Below, piece after piece: positions 1-13,860 of a DNA stretch of 64,000 bases. A model generated the notes under the pieces. It saw only the letters and a program-made list of their open reading frames with translations, ran no database searches and had not been told where the DNA came from. Both the position numbers and the translations under genes were made by a program. Each line of letters opens with the position of its first letter. Within the stretch, counting starts at the first letter, position 1. Source of the DNA: Octopus bimaculoides (lineage: Eukaryota); the NCBI RefSeq assembly GCF_001194135.2, contig NC_068995.1, positions 37,253,357-37,317,356 of the forward strand. The letters are read 5' to 3'.

Positions 1-407
1 GCATCGAAATTGTAACATCGATCTTAGAAGATTCTGCTGCCAGTAAAATATAGCATAACAGTATAGTTTCAGCATCGATTAGTCTGTCTTCTGTTTCTTT
101 TTTTTAACACCATGATTTTGCTCTCTCTCCTTCGCTCTCTCTCACTTACAAACAAAGAAATAAACAAATAAACACAAACACATATCTCATAATAACAGTA
201 AAGGAATTAATCAAAATGCGACGCAAATAGAAACCACAGTCAATAAGGTTAATAGTTTAGTGTCAGTTTCCAAAATAATAAAAAAAAGCTGTACTAATAA
301 AAGAATAAATCATTTAAACCATACTGACATATAAGAAAAATGTGCATAGAAATATGAAAATACAAAAACAAGTAAAATATTCAATAAAGTAATAAAGCAC
401 TTCATAC

Positions 408-587
408 GTAGTCTTCATCAATGGCGGTAACGTTGAGGATAATATCGTTTGTTTTCAAACTGGGATACTCATTGATTTGTCCTCGGTAGAGCTTTTTGCT
501 GAACGACGGTGTGTGTAAGTTCTGATCAGTCACCTGAATGTTGAGCTTAGCAGTGTCCTTTCGCTGAAGATTGTCTGTCTGGTAGGC
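408..587 (-). CDS. Cadherin exon 9 of 9 seen (180 nt, phase 0/0)
   Basis: Acceptor ttattag, donor gtatga. Encodes AYQTDNLQRKDTAKLNIQVTDQNLHTPSFSKKLYRGQINEYPSLKTNDIILNVTAIDEDY: an EC linker followed by the AxDxD motif. Confidence 0.93.
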
Positions 588-762
588 CTAATAACCAATA
601 AAAAATGGAAAATGTATTATAAAAGAAACTTTTTGATGTTTGTTTTTGCGTACAAAAGAAAACAAAATAGAAAAATATAATTATGAACGCAACTTGTGTA
701 TATAGATAGATAAATGTTTTATCTAACTTTCTATAATTAGTTACTAAAAAGTGTGTGAGTTT

Positions 763-800
<38 letters not shown>

Positions 801-1299
801 AAACAACATCACACAAAGACAACCCACGGCAACTAACAGAGACCAAATATAATTATAAAAAGCAACAGAAGTGTCCACGAACAAGAACATTTTCTTGTTA
901 CAACTTAAAGAACATATGAAGGCAATAATCTTAGACTATCGTTTGCTTTATATTTTTTAATGGTAGATCACATAGCAACGTCTATAGAAACGGTTTCGTA
1001 GCCATGAAAATTTGATAGGGGGAGCATGAATACGCACCAACCGTGTAGGTTTTGTGTGAAGGAGATCCAGAGTGTCAAAGAACGCTCACTCAAGACAGAT
1101 GCAGATATTGCTATTATAATGTGCTGATGTAAGTCGATAACATTATGAAGCGGGAGAAACAAGTATAGCTAAATTCAGAGGAACCAGCACCATCGACGAA
1201 TACATGAATGTGGGAGAAATAAAGATAACACGAGCAATGAAATAAGCAATTTATTATATAGGATCCGATGGTGGGATAGGATAATAAGGTAGGCCTGAA

Positions 1300-1700
1300 A
1301 GAAAACTGCTGCTCTTGCAGGCCATTCAGACAACCCTGAGACTAGGTATGGTCCTCTGGTCAGAAGACGTGAAGCGTATCCTAATAGAAATTACAGTCCT
1401 GAAAAAGGAATGGTTTGATCAAGAGTGTGAATTGAAGAATCGCTTATCACGCATTCTGCCTGCAAAATGGCACGCAGAAAGGGAGACAAGCACGGCTATT
1501 GCAAGCCGAGATCGGCTGCTGAGGATTTTCTGCTTAGTCGATGTGGAGTGTGTTCAAAAGCCATCCGAATGATTGACAAAAAGCGACAGATTGTTACTTA
1601 CCAATTGGATAAACAACAGAAACAAATTCTTCTTAGTTCATGGAGAAAAAAGAGAAGAGAAGGAGCAGTTGGGCAGTCCTGTGACTATTACTGCTGACTA
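1300..1700 (+). mobile_element. Degenerate LINE (RTE-like) fragment
   Basis: A GC-richer island translating to KKEWFDQEC..., reminiscent of the WFD motif between LINE endonuclease and RT. Frames are broken. Confidence 0.3.
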
Positions 1701-2704
1701 TTGCGGGAAGGTGTTGCGGTTCAGGTGAAAAAATCAAATAAACATAGATGACGTCTAACTATACTCATCTCTACTGACTAAAACTACATCTACCGAAGTG
1801 GATAAAGTGGTACCATCTTTTAAATATAATTATTCTTCTAAATAAAACATCAGAGATTTAGAATCTTTATCCATTTTTTTTCAATTGACAAGAGAAAGCC
1901 ATTTTAAATGTAGGAATTGATTTGTGTTAGTGTGTGCGTGTATTTGTATCAGTGTAAAGGATTTTATTGGTTGAAAGGGTTGTCTAATTTGGTGAAAATG
2001 CTATCCTCTTCATGTGACTTGGTATCCCGTTTTATCCCTGCGCATACCCTGCGTAACCAGACGGTACCTGGAACGAGTCACCGATTTATTATATATACAT
2101 ATATGATACCAGATGTAACAAATTTCCTACGTTGTTAAGGCGATTTTCACATCAGTAATATAATATCTTTCTTTCAAAATATACTTAGTCATCTACACAA
2201 TCAACAAGTTCATCAGCATGTAACCGATCAGAAAATATCTACATGGTACCTAGAAATAGCAACTAAGACGCTCTCGAGCTACAAATGATGAAATTTAGAA
2301 TGGACGTATTAGAGAATATAGTCTGGCGTTTAGCTATTTCAAAAAACAAGACATGATCATAGCTCCACCTCACTGAAAACATGACTTAGAGCTATACAAT
2401 AACAACCATATTACATAGATATTGAGACTAAAGGGTTACCCTCTGTAGATACAGACACCTCGTGGTACTCTACGAATAACCGACAAAATTTTCATGGTAT
2501 TCTCGCTGTTGTTTTTCATTAGCTTTCAGCCAGTCATGATCACCCAGTCTCCTTTTCAAAAGCATTCCATTGCTTTAAATATCGTCCTTTACTTATAATT
2601 ATGAACGCAGGATGTGTTCCATTTAAAGACGATAGAGTGCGAATAGAAAGAGTTTGTCTTATTTCTACGAAGCTGACCGCCCACGGTAATCAATTGACTG
2701 CAGG

Positions 2705-4330
2705 GCGAATATGATTTGCACACAACATGATTCATAGACTAAAGGGACAAGGAATAGTATGAGGTTTGCTGGAATGGTGGGAGCCCTATAAATACGTGGA
2801 CGATTGCTATTTATGTAACCTAAATTTGAAGGGTATTAACCGGAAAATCAACAAATGTTTGTCTATCCTAATCTTGCCTCTGCTATTAGACCGGTTCCAC
2901 ACAACGAAGATGTTCCAGTTCCTGTCTTCAATGTCTTGCCTCAGATAACTTTACCCTCAACCAAAGAAGATTCATCTCCTGAAGATGACACTAGAAATCA
3001 ACACTTGTCAGTTGAGACTCCACCTTAGCTATTCTCCCAGGTAGAGCTGAATGATCTAGTTCGTGACTTGAACATCCCAAAAATTCTGCAGGACTGTTGG
3101 CTTTCCGACATAAAGAGAAGAATCTTCTAGAGAATGGTGTACGTATAACATTTTATCGGAGTCGGCATGAAGAGTTCTTTTCTTTCTTCACAAAAGAGGA
3201 AGAGCTGGTTTACTGCAGAGATGTGAGTAGGCTTCTTAATAAACTTGGCATTGAGGAATATAAACCAGAGGAATGGCGTCTGTTCATAGACAGCTCTTAA
3301 GCGTAGTTTTAAATGTGTATTGTTACACAGCGGAAATGTGTATGGCTCTGTCCTATTCGGCCACTCAACAACTTTGAAAGAAAAATATGAAGATATCAAG
3401 TTGGTTTTAGGGAAGATATGCGTTGACTAAAATGTGGTGAATTTTCTCGTGGGACAGCAATCTGGTTATATCAAATACCCATGCTTTCTATGCATGTGGG
3501 ACAGTAGAGACCGAGTAAACCAATATATTAAGAAAGACTGGCCACCTCGAACAAATATGGCACCATGTAGAACTGAAAATGTATTGGAAGAACCTTCAGT
3601 TGAGCGAGATAAGATTATTTATCTCCCTTTGCACATCAATCTCGGATTGATCAAGCAATTCTTCAAAGATCTTGACGAAAATGAGGAGTGTTTCAAGTAT
3701 ATCTGCAGGGTATTTCCAGACTTGATGATTGAAAAACTTGAAGCATCAGCTTGGCTAGCCTTTGAAGAAATAGTGCAAAATGTCATTGGGAAACACAAAA
3801 GTGAAAACTATAAAGACGTTATCACCAACTTGATATCAACTTTTCGTGATATTGACGCAAATATGAGCGTCAAAATGCATTATCGTTTTAGTCATCTTGA
3901 TCGCTTTCCTGAAAACCTAGATGTTAGCGATGAACAAGGCAAACGATTCCATCAGGGCATCAAGGAGATGGGAACTCGGTACCAAGGACGCTGTGATGAT
4001 GGTAGACTATTGCTGGTGGTTAAAACGAGATACTCCTGTTGCTCAACATTCACGATTCACAAATAAGCATAAATTTATTCCTTCAATTTTCTTCCAAAAA
4101 TCTTCGTCAATCTGCATTTTCAATTTTGAATTTTTATTTGTACTTTGTTTTGTTTTGTGTTACGCTCTCATTATTAATTCGTATTATATGCCTCTTGTAT
4201 GGATGAAATACTTACTCTATCAGGTCTAGTCAGAAAACTTGACCTGATAGAGAAAAACTAAGTTATATTAAAATTTAGCAGGCAAAATCACTTAAGAATT
4301 CGTTGAAATATTCCAGGTACCAATGTAATG
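2705..4330 (+). mobile_element. Chapaev3-type (CMC superfamily) DNA transposon relic
   Basis: Frameshifted transposase motifs in order: DDCYLC, YPNL.SA.RPVPH, ELNDLVRDL, EWRLFIDSS, VNFLVGQQSGYIKYPCFLCMWDSR, PLHINLGLIKQF, SHLDRFPENL.VSDEQGKRFHQ, RYQG. Family name assigned from recalled motifs; termini are degraded. Confidence 0.8.
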
Positions 4331-4744
4331 GTTTAGAATGTCTTGGAAACTGTTACAACTGCTTAATCACATCAGTACCATTTTCGAAAGAAATACATTG
4401 AATATAACTACCACTTCTTGCCTGGAATACCACAGTTTATCAGATATAAACACCCATTATCAATACGGTTTTTACAGACGATAAAAGGTAAAGTCTATAA
4501 CAGAGTATAGGGACTTAGTAAAGTGATATAAGTGAATTTTTCAGAATTAGTTCGACATACTACCATTTCTACTGCAAGAATGTCCAATATACAGTCAAAA
4601 TATATATTATTGTATTGAAAATGAGGGTTCACATATAATTAAATTCAATGGTAAACTTCGATGAAATATCTAAGAGATACATATTGGTCTTTTCACGTCA
4701 TTTAAACATGTTGAAACATTAACCGCGACATATTTTTTCTCTTT

Positions 4745-4900
4745 CCCTCCATGTTTTTACTTCTCATCTCTTTCTGTCAAAGAGCATAGTCTCGAAACGT
4801 CAAAGACTTTTCCATCTTCCTCTAGCTTCAAACTAATACACCTCACCTACTTATTGTCCCCTCACTTGTCACTGTCTTTTGTTTTCTGTACATTTGTACC
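4745..4900 (+). mobile_element. Penelope-type terminal repeat fragment with a decayed hammerhead motif (4770-4805)
   Basis: CTTT-CTGTCAA-A-GAGCATAGTCTC-GAAAC-GTC-AAAG has the hammerhead layout but a mutated CUGANGA box. A more decayed copy lies near 35200-35340. Confidence 0.5.
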
Positions 4901-6189
4901 TTTTATATGAATTAGGTTCAAAGCCATAAACACGGAGGGCTTTGCTTGATACTTTTCTGCTAGACATTACAGGAATAAATGAAAATATTTGCTTTCAGCT
5001 AAGAAATCGAAGCTGTTTGGTAAATTCGGTTCAACAAGGGTTTATCCTGTTGTCGTGTTATTGTTGAACCTCAGGTAAATCGTGTTCGCACAAACTAATG
5101 ATATAAAACAACTTCTCTGTGGAAGCCCCGTACCGTGTGCTTTAACATTTTTGGATACGCAATGATTTACCAAACAATCTATTATATTTAACAGAGTTCA
5201 ATAGGATTTCATTAAACATGTTTCTCTTCTTTTATTTCAGTGGGGTTATGGTTAAACTTCAATTTTAAAGTTGATTCATCGTATCAAGACTGAATTGTTG
5301 ACTAGTACCTTTTGATTTGTTGTCAAGGCAACCCTGATTCAGGAGATACTGTCATTCTGCTACACAATTTCACAAGCTAGCGAATTAGGCAGGAATTACA
5401 CAGCAGCTACACAACCAATAATAAAAACTAGACCGAACCAGTTGGACTACATCAGTGACGGAATGTGACCCACTGATTTGGATATTTTCGTTTTCACTTG
5501 TACAAAGGGAAAACAGATCTTTCATGCACTAGAAGAATAAAAAAAAAACGCTACGAAACAAAAATACTTCCTATTTAACAAAGATATATGGAACTTAAGC
5601 ATTGAGAACACAATGAAACAGAAATTAAAAAAGTAATTTTCAAGATAGGCTTCGTCGGTTTGGAGAACGAGCAGTCACTTTTTTGATCAAATGTTCGACA
5701 TACTTGTGGAATGTACGGGTAGGGTGTTGTGCATTCCACAGAAAAGTGACACGCTGAAACATTGAATTACGGGTGCAATCAATCAAAGTTTGACCTGAAG
5801 TCACACTAAAAAAAAAAACAGTCTTAAATTGCTACAGAATAGGACCGAAATAGCGATACCATGGTTGGGTAGCAAAATGTTTAACTGAACAACTAAGCCA
5901 TTCCAACAGTGTATTGATTTATGGAACACACATTTTTGTATAGCTAGCACAGAAAAGAAAGCGTATGTTAAACGTAAACTTGAATTTACAAATAAATTGA
6001 AATGTTAATGATTAAATAAATAGAAAAAGAACAATATTATTATTTTAGTCTGTCAACGCATCTCCAATATTGACACGTTCATATTCTGACTTAATTTTTC
6101 CATCAGTTATTTTTTGTATCTATTTTAACAATCCAACACACGTTCCTAGTATGCCCTGCGGGCATTTATCTTATTTATAAAAATATCTC

Positions 6190-6728
<539 letters not shown>

Positions 6729-7892
6729 AGTCAATAAGACATAGGTCAGAAGAAAAGCACACTCTAAAGAATAGAGCAGTAATTATTACAACAAAAAATT
6801 AAATTTTGGACATAGAGTTACGAACGCTTTCGTATCCACAAAGCCAAAGCCATGTGGAGAGTCTATACATGTCAGGCTCTATACAAAGACAAAAACTCTC
6901 TACGTCGGAGACGTGAGGAAACGTTTAGAAATCGAGATTTAAGTCTTAACATAAAAACGTTAATCAGGACGGGTTGTTTCCCCTGAATCAGAGGATAAAA
7001 CAACACTTATAGATCCAAGAAAGCCTAACCAGCAAAGGGGAAAATCCAATTTTCCAGTAGGTAGCGCTTGAAATGGACACATTTAGAAAAAACTTCTTTA
7101 TTACTATTTAACACGTCAAGTTTAGGTTAGTCCTTAAGAATTTTGGCTCTCTCTGCGATGCAGATTTTGCAACAGCTGCTCCCGTTAATATATGGGCCTA
7201 GACGATCTATCATTTTCCACCTGATATCACACGGGGGACCCTTGATTTTGAGGTGCCACACATAGCAGGCCAGGTACGTGACAAACTGGCTTTCTGGGAC
7301 TCTGAGAGATGACTGGTGGTTTCGGAAGCGACGTTTGGAAGATGTACTAGCTGATCCGATATATGTACAAACTTAAGATGTGGCTAATTTCGCACTCTTG
7401 GTATATCTCTGACAGGCACCAGGCCTGGAGATGCGACAGGTAACACCATTGCTTTGGCGTTTTGGATACGAAACCTTCTAGCGTCGAGACCAACATACCA
7501 GTCTGGTTTCAGGCTATTTCTGCTTCTCTTCAGTACTGGGCACCTTGTCAACTAAAGATAGCAGTAGCTCGCATCCGCTCACAATATTCATGAATTCAAA
7601 CAACGCACAATCGCTGATTTTGCAACAAGCTAAAAAGCTAGTTCTAAAATCTTTGTAAGACATGATCGCAGTAGTTGTACCAGCAAGTAATGTTCGTAGC
7701 CACATCATTATGGCCGTTCCATCCGAGCGGCTGTGCATCGTCAACCAGCTAGAGGAGATGTCCTCTTGGGGTTAAAAAAATCATAATTCCGCTCGAACGG
7801 AACAGCCATGTTGAAGTGGTTATGAACATTACTTACTAGTACAAATTGTGTGAGCATGTCTTAGAGAGATTTTAGAAGTAGCTTTTTAGCTT

Positions 7893-7925
<33 letters not shown>

Positions 7926-8176
7926 TANNNNNNNNNNNNNNNNNNNNNNNNNNNNNNNNNNNNNNNNNNNNNNNNNNNNNNNNNNNNNNNNNNNNNNNNN
8001 NNNNNNNNNNNNNNNNNNNNNNNNNNNNNNNNNNNNNNNNNNNNNNNNNNNNNNNNNNNNNNNNNNNNNNNNNNNNNNNNNNNNNNNNNNNNNNNNNNNN
8101 NNNNNNNNNNNNNNNNNNNNNNNNNNNNNNNNNNNNNNNNNNNNNNNNNNNNNNNNNNNNNNNNNNNNNNNNNNNN

Positions 8177-8217
<41 letters not shown>

Positions 8218-8292
8218 GCTTAATCAAATCTGAAAGAAAGGTAAATATAATCGTGACTTGAAAACGAAAACAATCCGAATATACAATTATGG

Positions 8293-8345
8293 GTTGAAAG
8301 GACTCCTACTGCTGAAAGGACTCCTACTGTTGAAAGGACTCCTAT
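8293..8345. repeat. 18-bp tandem repeat x3
   Basis: G(T/C)TGAAAGGACTCCTACT occurs three times in tandem; the third copy is slightly divergent. Confidence 0.9.
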
Positions 8346-8787
8346 TAATAAAGCACTAATATACGTGATAATATTGGTGAAGGTGGGATGAGTGGCCGAG
8401 GATGTGGATTACAAGTAAATGGATTGTCTTTCAATTTTTTTTAAAATATGTAGTTCTTGCCGAAAGACTGGTCACAACAAATCTATGGTAAAAGAAATAA
8501 AAACGTACCTTAGTCTTTAAGGTATTAATGAGTCTTGTTAAACAGATGAAAATAGGAGAAAAGAATAACCCTGTATTTTCACATGCACACATAAGAACTT
8601 CATCAAATCCACCATCTAAACTTACCATAGTAATAACGATAGAAGAATTTTGGACGTAACCTTATTAACATAGCCGTATTAACATATAAAAAAACTCGTT
8701 CCTGTAGCAGTTGTAATTATATTTACATGGCTAAGTGCAGGGAAAAAACAGGAAAAGAAGGGCAAAATATGAAATACTCTTACTTAC

Positions 8788-8933
8788 TCTCACTGTTAGA
8801 TCAAAAGACGGAAAGTAGGGCTTAATTGACGAATCTCCACGACTTCTAGAAATTCTCTCAATGGTCTTCAGCTGGCAGAGGGTTCCGTTATCTTCTTGCA
8901 TTCGAAAATAAGTCTTCCAGTTTGGTGGAGATC
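8788..8933 (-). CDS. Cadherin exon 8 (146 nt, phase 1/0)
   Basis: Acceptor ...atatag, donor gtaagt. Encodes (G)SPPNWKTYFRMQEDNGTLCQLKTIERISRSRGDSSIKPYFPSFDLTVR and joins exon 9 as FDLTVR|AYQTDN. Confidence 0.9.
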
Positions 8934-9829
8934 CTATATATATATATAAAAAAGAAACAATGAAAATATATTCAAATATATCTATTTTAGCTTTTCTCAA
9001 ACAGGTAGCTATGAATTTGTTCATGCATCTATGGTTGGGTAAGCCTTTCCAAATTAAAGTGGAATTCACAGGTCAGATATTAAGAAATAACAACACCGTT
9101 TGTATCTAATGTCTTTTCCTTTCATTCCCACCTTGATCGGTTATTAGACTTTTATTAGAACTATTACCAGAACTGTTATTAGGTCTACCGTGAAAAGCTT
9201 TCATCTATTGTTATTAGGTGTATTATATCTAAGAATATAGTTCTTGATTATCATTTTTATAAGACGCTTGTGTGCAGTGATTTAAAAAATATTTGGCTGC
9301 TATTTCTAGCATATTTAGTGAAGTAAAGACTTCGTAGTTCGGTCGGTTTCCGATAACAAATATAATACTCGAATTCTAGATATGTTGCAAGCATATAATG
9401 TCTTTAATGTCTTATTCAATCATTTCAATTCGATGTAGAAAACAGAAAATTGATCCATTCAAGCAAAAGTAATTTATAATAATAAGCGTTCGGAAAACAT
9501 GTTAAATATTTCTCAGAAATATATAAACACAGTAATATATTCCTCTGTAGTCGATACACAAAACTGTCGGAAGTCTAAAAGAAATATACTTTTTCAGAAA
9601 AACATCATATATCACAGATGTGAAATTCCTATTAAATTGATTAACGCTATACCAAATAAAAGATGCCGAAATAATTAAAATAATTATTTTGAATTGCTCT
9701 CATGCTCGGTACAACCCATTTTATATATCATAGATTCACTGATCTTTTTCTCAATAAATTCTATTCACTACGAGGATCATCATTTAAAGCTGAGGTATAA
9801 TATTGGTTTCAAATTTTGGCAGAAGGCCC

Positions 9830-9940
9830 TTAGAGGACGAAAAGCGAAGCCGAACTCGGCGGAATTTGAACACAGAAAGACATGAAATGCTTCTAAGCAT
9901 TCTGTCCGGCTTGCTAACGATTCTGCCAGTTCGCCGCATT
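9830..9940 (-). mobile_element. tRNA-derived SINE, family C (5' part). Further copies in both orientations near 12998-13205(+), 33910-34075(-), 34690-35090(-), 43860-43970(-), 49630-49830(-), 54990-55130(-), 55150-55300(+), 55570-55720(+), 58120-58240(-)
   Basis: Recurring consensus gagctggcagaatcgttagc...gttcaaattccgccgaggtcgactttgcctttcatcc, with A/B-box-like head, seen repeatedly across the window. Confidence 0.8.
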
Positions 9941-12169
9941 AAGTTGAAATATAATATTAATACATATTCATAAAAGCAAGGATAGTTCATATGTTCCACA
10001 CGTCTAAAGTTTTTGATTGTAATTAGTCTGTCATGTAAATTGATTATTGTTTATTTCTGGAAACTAATATCAATTAAGATAGAGTTAAGACGAAGATATA
10101 TCTTATTTCTTAATATTTTCATTTTCTACAGATTGCTATGCAACTGGTGGCAAAATATTGTGTATCAAAACAATTCATATTAGCAATATTTTTTTGGTGG
10201 AGAAGAATACTGATTAAGAGTGTCCCCGACTTTTGCACTAAGTAATAAAAAAACAAAAACAGTATAAAAGTCATTGGATCTCCGACATTGAAGTGTACGC
10301 TAAATTATTGTGAAATACTCCATCCCCAATTACATCACACTATCATCACATCAAAGTGGGTAATGCATTATGATTATGTAAAGTGGACAAAGAATAAAAT
10401 AAAATAAAATAAAAATAAAATAAAGTAGTAAAAAATAAAATCCAGTCGTTCACACTCAGGGCAAGTTTGATCAACATTATTCTAGATCATCTTTATTAAT
10501 TTGAAGAAGAAAATAAACAAAATAATATTAGGGAAGCGTGTGAATCCAATGAAAATCTCAGAGGCAGTCTTTAAAGAAATATTCCTATTTGCGACCAGGA
10601 GAAGAAATTTTTTGTGTTTTAGAATATTTTTTAATCACCGTTAAACGTGAGTTGGAAAACAAGTATGAGAAAACACTAATTACAGAAGGAGAAGAAACGT
10701 ACCGAAACATGATCATTAAAAAAAGCAATAAATTGATATTTGCTAGCTAATCAAATAAAAAATTATATACATGTCCGCAAATACTAATTTGAATTTTCCC
10801 TTATTTGGAAATGAAAGAAAAACAAGACGGCCATTGTTAGTGGGGCATTTTAAAGAAATTTAGAAACTATTTCTCAAACCTAATTTACATAATTACAGGA
10901 AAGCATGTTTGATTCTTGTTTGCTTGTAAGAGGTAACTAATGACTTGGTCCCTATCGAATAGACTGATCGAGGCTACCGCTCAGCTTACAGCGAATTTGT
11001 TTCTAGTATAAAGACTTACAAATAACATTTGGCCAGCAAAATTTCTATAATTAAAACTTAATTAAAATTCCGGTAATTAATTCATCAAAGTATGTACTAA
11101 ATGTTATACACTAAAGTTCCTAAATGAGAAAAAATTACTTCTAAGTTGAAGAAACAAAACAAATATCTCGAGGAAGTTGTTAGAGACTCACTCAGTGAAG
11201 GGAAATAATTTTAAAAAATTGACGACTGATATATTCAAATTAAATTCAGCGTTGAATGCCGTTTGAAAAAATGTAGTTCCTAATTCAATTCTTCATCTTA
11301 CTAGTGGGAGGGAAACAAAAACTTGACAATTGTTAACGCTTATAAAAGATAAGAAGAATTGGCTCCGAGGCAAGCAGCCGGCATCAGCATCAACATGTCT
11401 ACACCGGCATCAACATTGCCGCCATCATCAACGCCACTATCGCCACCACCACTATCACCACCGCGTCTTTCACCACTGTCGCTATTACCACCACCGCAAC
11501 GAACAACAACTATTACAACAACAAAAACAAACATTTATGAACATATGTACATTGTCCTGAAGAAATGTAACAACAACGTGAATCACTCAAGATAAATCAG
11601 ATTTTTTTTTCAGAGATCATAAATATGGAACTAACTATAGGAGAAACTCTATGTAAAGGACCACAACGTTTTTGCTCGACTGGCAAGAAATGACTGTTAC
11701 GATTGCAGACGACGTAGGTATTTTGGCAGCCTAGAAGCTAGCTTGCCTTCTACACATTTCTGGATTTCATTTCCCTGGGGGGAATCTTACTAAATGCTTC
11801 CAACTATAGCCTCGAGTTCTCCTGTACTGTGTTCAACTATACCGTACAAACACGTAAACACACACACAGGTACACACACACACGCACGCACATACATAAA
11901 CGTGCGCGATTGTGTGTATTTGTATCTATTCAACTGAATAGATCATATACTCAGAGACTAAGATTGCTTGGAGACACTAGGCGTCTTATAAAACTCTGTC
12001 TAGACATGTATATCCAAAGCAAGAAACTGTTAGTTAGTCGCATCTTTATACTGTGTATATTAAATGATATATATCTCTTACTGGATGGAGTACTTCATGT
12101 TGTTAATCTTATCTTAACGGAACAGTAAACTCTCTCTCTCTCTCTTTCTCTCACTATCTATCTCTCTCA

Positions 12170-12244
<75 letters not shown>

Positions 12245-12352
12245 CTTGCCTACCTACCAACCTACCTACCCATCCATCCATCCATCCATATACGAGCTAC
12301 ATCCCAAGTTTAAGACCTTTTTTTTTTAGGAGAGGCAGTTATAACTCGAGTA

Positions 12353-12920
12353 TTATTCTTTCTCGACCGCACCCCACACATAGTGAGCTATGGGATTATA
12401 CTCGGTGGGATTAGGAAGCCAGAAATTGGAGTTGGTGAAATCGTAGAAATTCTCCGACAACCACATCTGACACTTGCCAAAGGTATGGCAAGTGGCCAAA
12501 TCCTGCTGCCACGCATATCACCTTCTAGCAGCAAATCTCTCCAGCTAGAGTTTGATCATAGTCTTCAACAGTTTCTTTTAGCCAACAGTAATGAGACTAA
12601 AACCCTGTCCAAATTTGTGGCGATGAACTCGGACGTCCAGGCACAGTTTGAACACTTGCTGTGTCCCTTCCTGCTGGCTACCGCTTCGTAGTCTCCGCGT
12701 TACAGCCGTTCATGTCACATCTTAGAGCCTTTGGTGTGTTTACAAAACATTGTGCCACAGTTATGATGTGGGGATTCTGATACCCTGCGCGAATCATCCT
12801 GACACTAACTCTTTTCAAATATTCAGATGGCTTCCAGTTCGCCAACATTTTCTCAACTACAAACTTAAACTTTACGCTCTCCAACGCCGTTGATTTTGGA
12901 GGAATGCATGCAACTAATCC
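12353..12920 (-). mobile_element. Tc1/mariner DD37D (maT-like) transposase relic
   Basis: Minus-strand 12353-12517 reads [53 protein letters not shown]. There are 37 residues between the QQD aspartate and the position of the third catalytic residue, here mutated to A. The extension to 12920 is less certain. Confidence 0.75.
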
Positions 12921-13544
12921 TGAAGAAAAGATAAAATATCATCAAATTTAGCCCTGTACGCCCTGTACAATATCTTTTGTTCATCAATATAATGGAAGGC
13001 AGCGAACTGGCAGAATGTTTAGCACGTCAGGCAAAATATTTAGTGTCATTTCGTCGAACTTCATTTTCTGAATTCAAATTCCGCTGCAGTCGACTTCACC
13101 TTTCATCTTTTCGCGGTCGAAAAAGTATGTACCAGTTGGGTACTGAGGTCGATGTAATCGTCTTACCCACTCCTTTGAACTTGGTGGCCTTGTCCCAAAA
13201 TTTAAAACCAATATGAATTAAATTGATTTTTTTAAATGTAGTCTAGTTTCGATATTAAGAATATCAGCAATATGCCGTTCTAAGTGGAAGGCTGTATCTA
13301 ATCACCCTCATCTGTTAGAAATAGCAGCCAAACCCTCATCCTTCAAATCCTGGCATCTTATGATATGAAAAACACATTGAATAATGTTTTTTTAGATGAA
13401 TGTTTGAATGAACAAAGAGATAATCATGATTGTCAGGTTTTGATGATAAATCTGCTGTAGTAGGTTTAATCAAGACAAAACATGCACAACACTAATATTT
13501 CCGTTGTATGTCAATCAAATATTGAAAAAAAAAATGCTATTTAC

Positions 13545-13635
13545 CATCAGTAATTACATATTTAATCGGAGATTTCTTCACCGGATCCTTATCTTCCGCC
13601 TTCATTTTTGGTGTTACGTCAACGCATTCATCTTT
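13545..13635 (-). CDS. Cadherin exon 7 (91 nt, phase 0/1)
   Basis: Acceptor tttcttatag, donor gtaaat. Encodes KDECVDVTPKMKAEDKDPVKKSPIKYVITD(G), with an AxDxD motif. The terminal G completes GGA with exon 8. Confidence 0.9.
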
Positions 13636-13860
13636 CTATAAGAAATATAAAACTGAAGTTATGAGACACTATACAATGAAGGATATAGGATTGCATGCCG
13701 TTTAAACAATACACAATGCGAGTATTACTGAAAACAGAGCGCGGTTTTTCTATATTTCTTCGTATTAAATAAATGGATATTCAAGAAAGAAAACATTGCA
13801 GCAGACAACTTACGACAAAGAAGCAAGGATATCTGTATATATACAGAGGTATAAGGATAA

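Noticed and set aside
6146-6165. GC hairpin next to CTAG suggesting a Helitron 3' end
   Set aside because: The expected flanking T is absent, the hairpin spacing is atypical and no 5' TC end or Rep/Hel sequence was found.
12678-12921. Minus-strand ORF after a strong acceptor-like site
   Set aside because: It is contiguous with the DD37D transposase relic, ends in a stop and has the wrong content for the cadherin.
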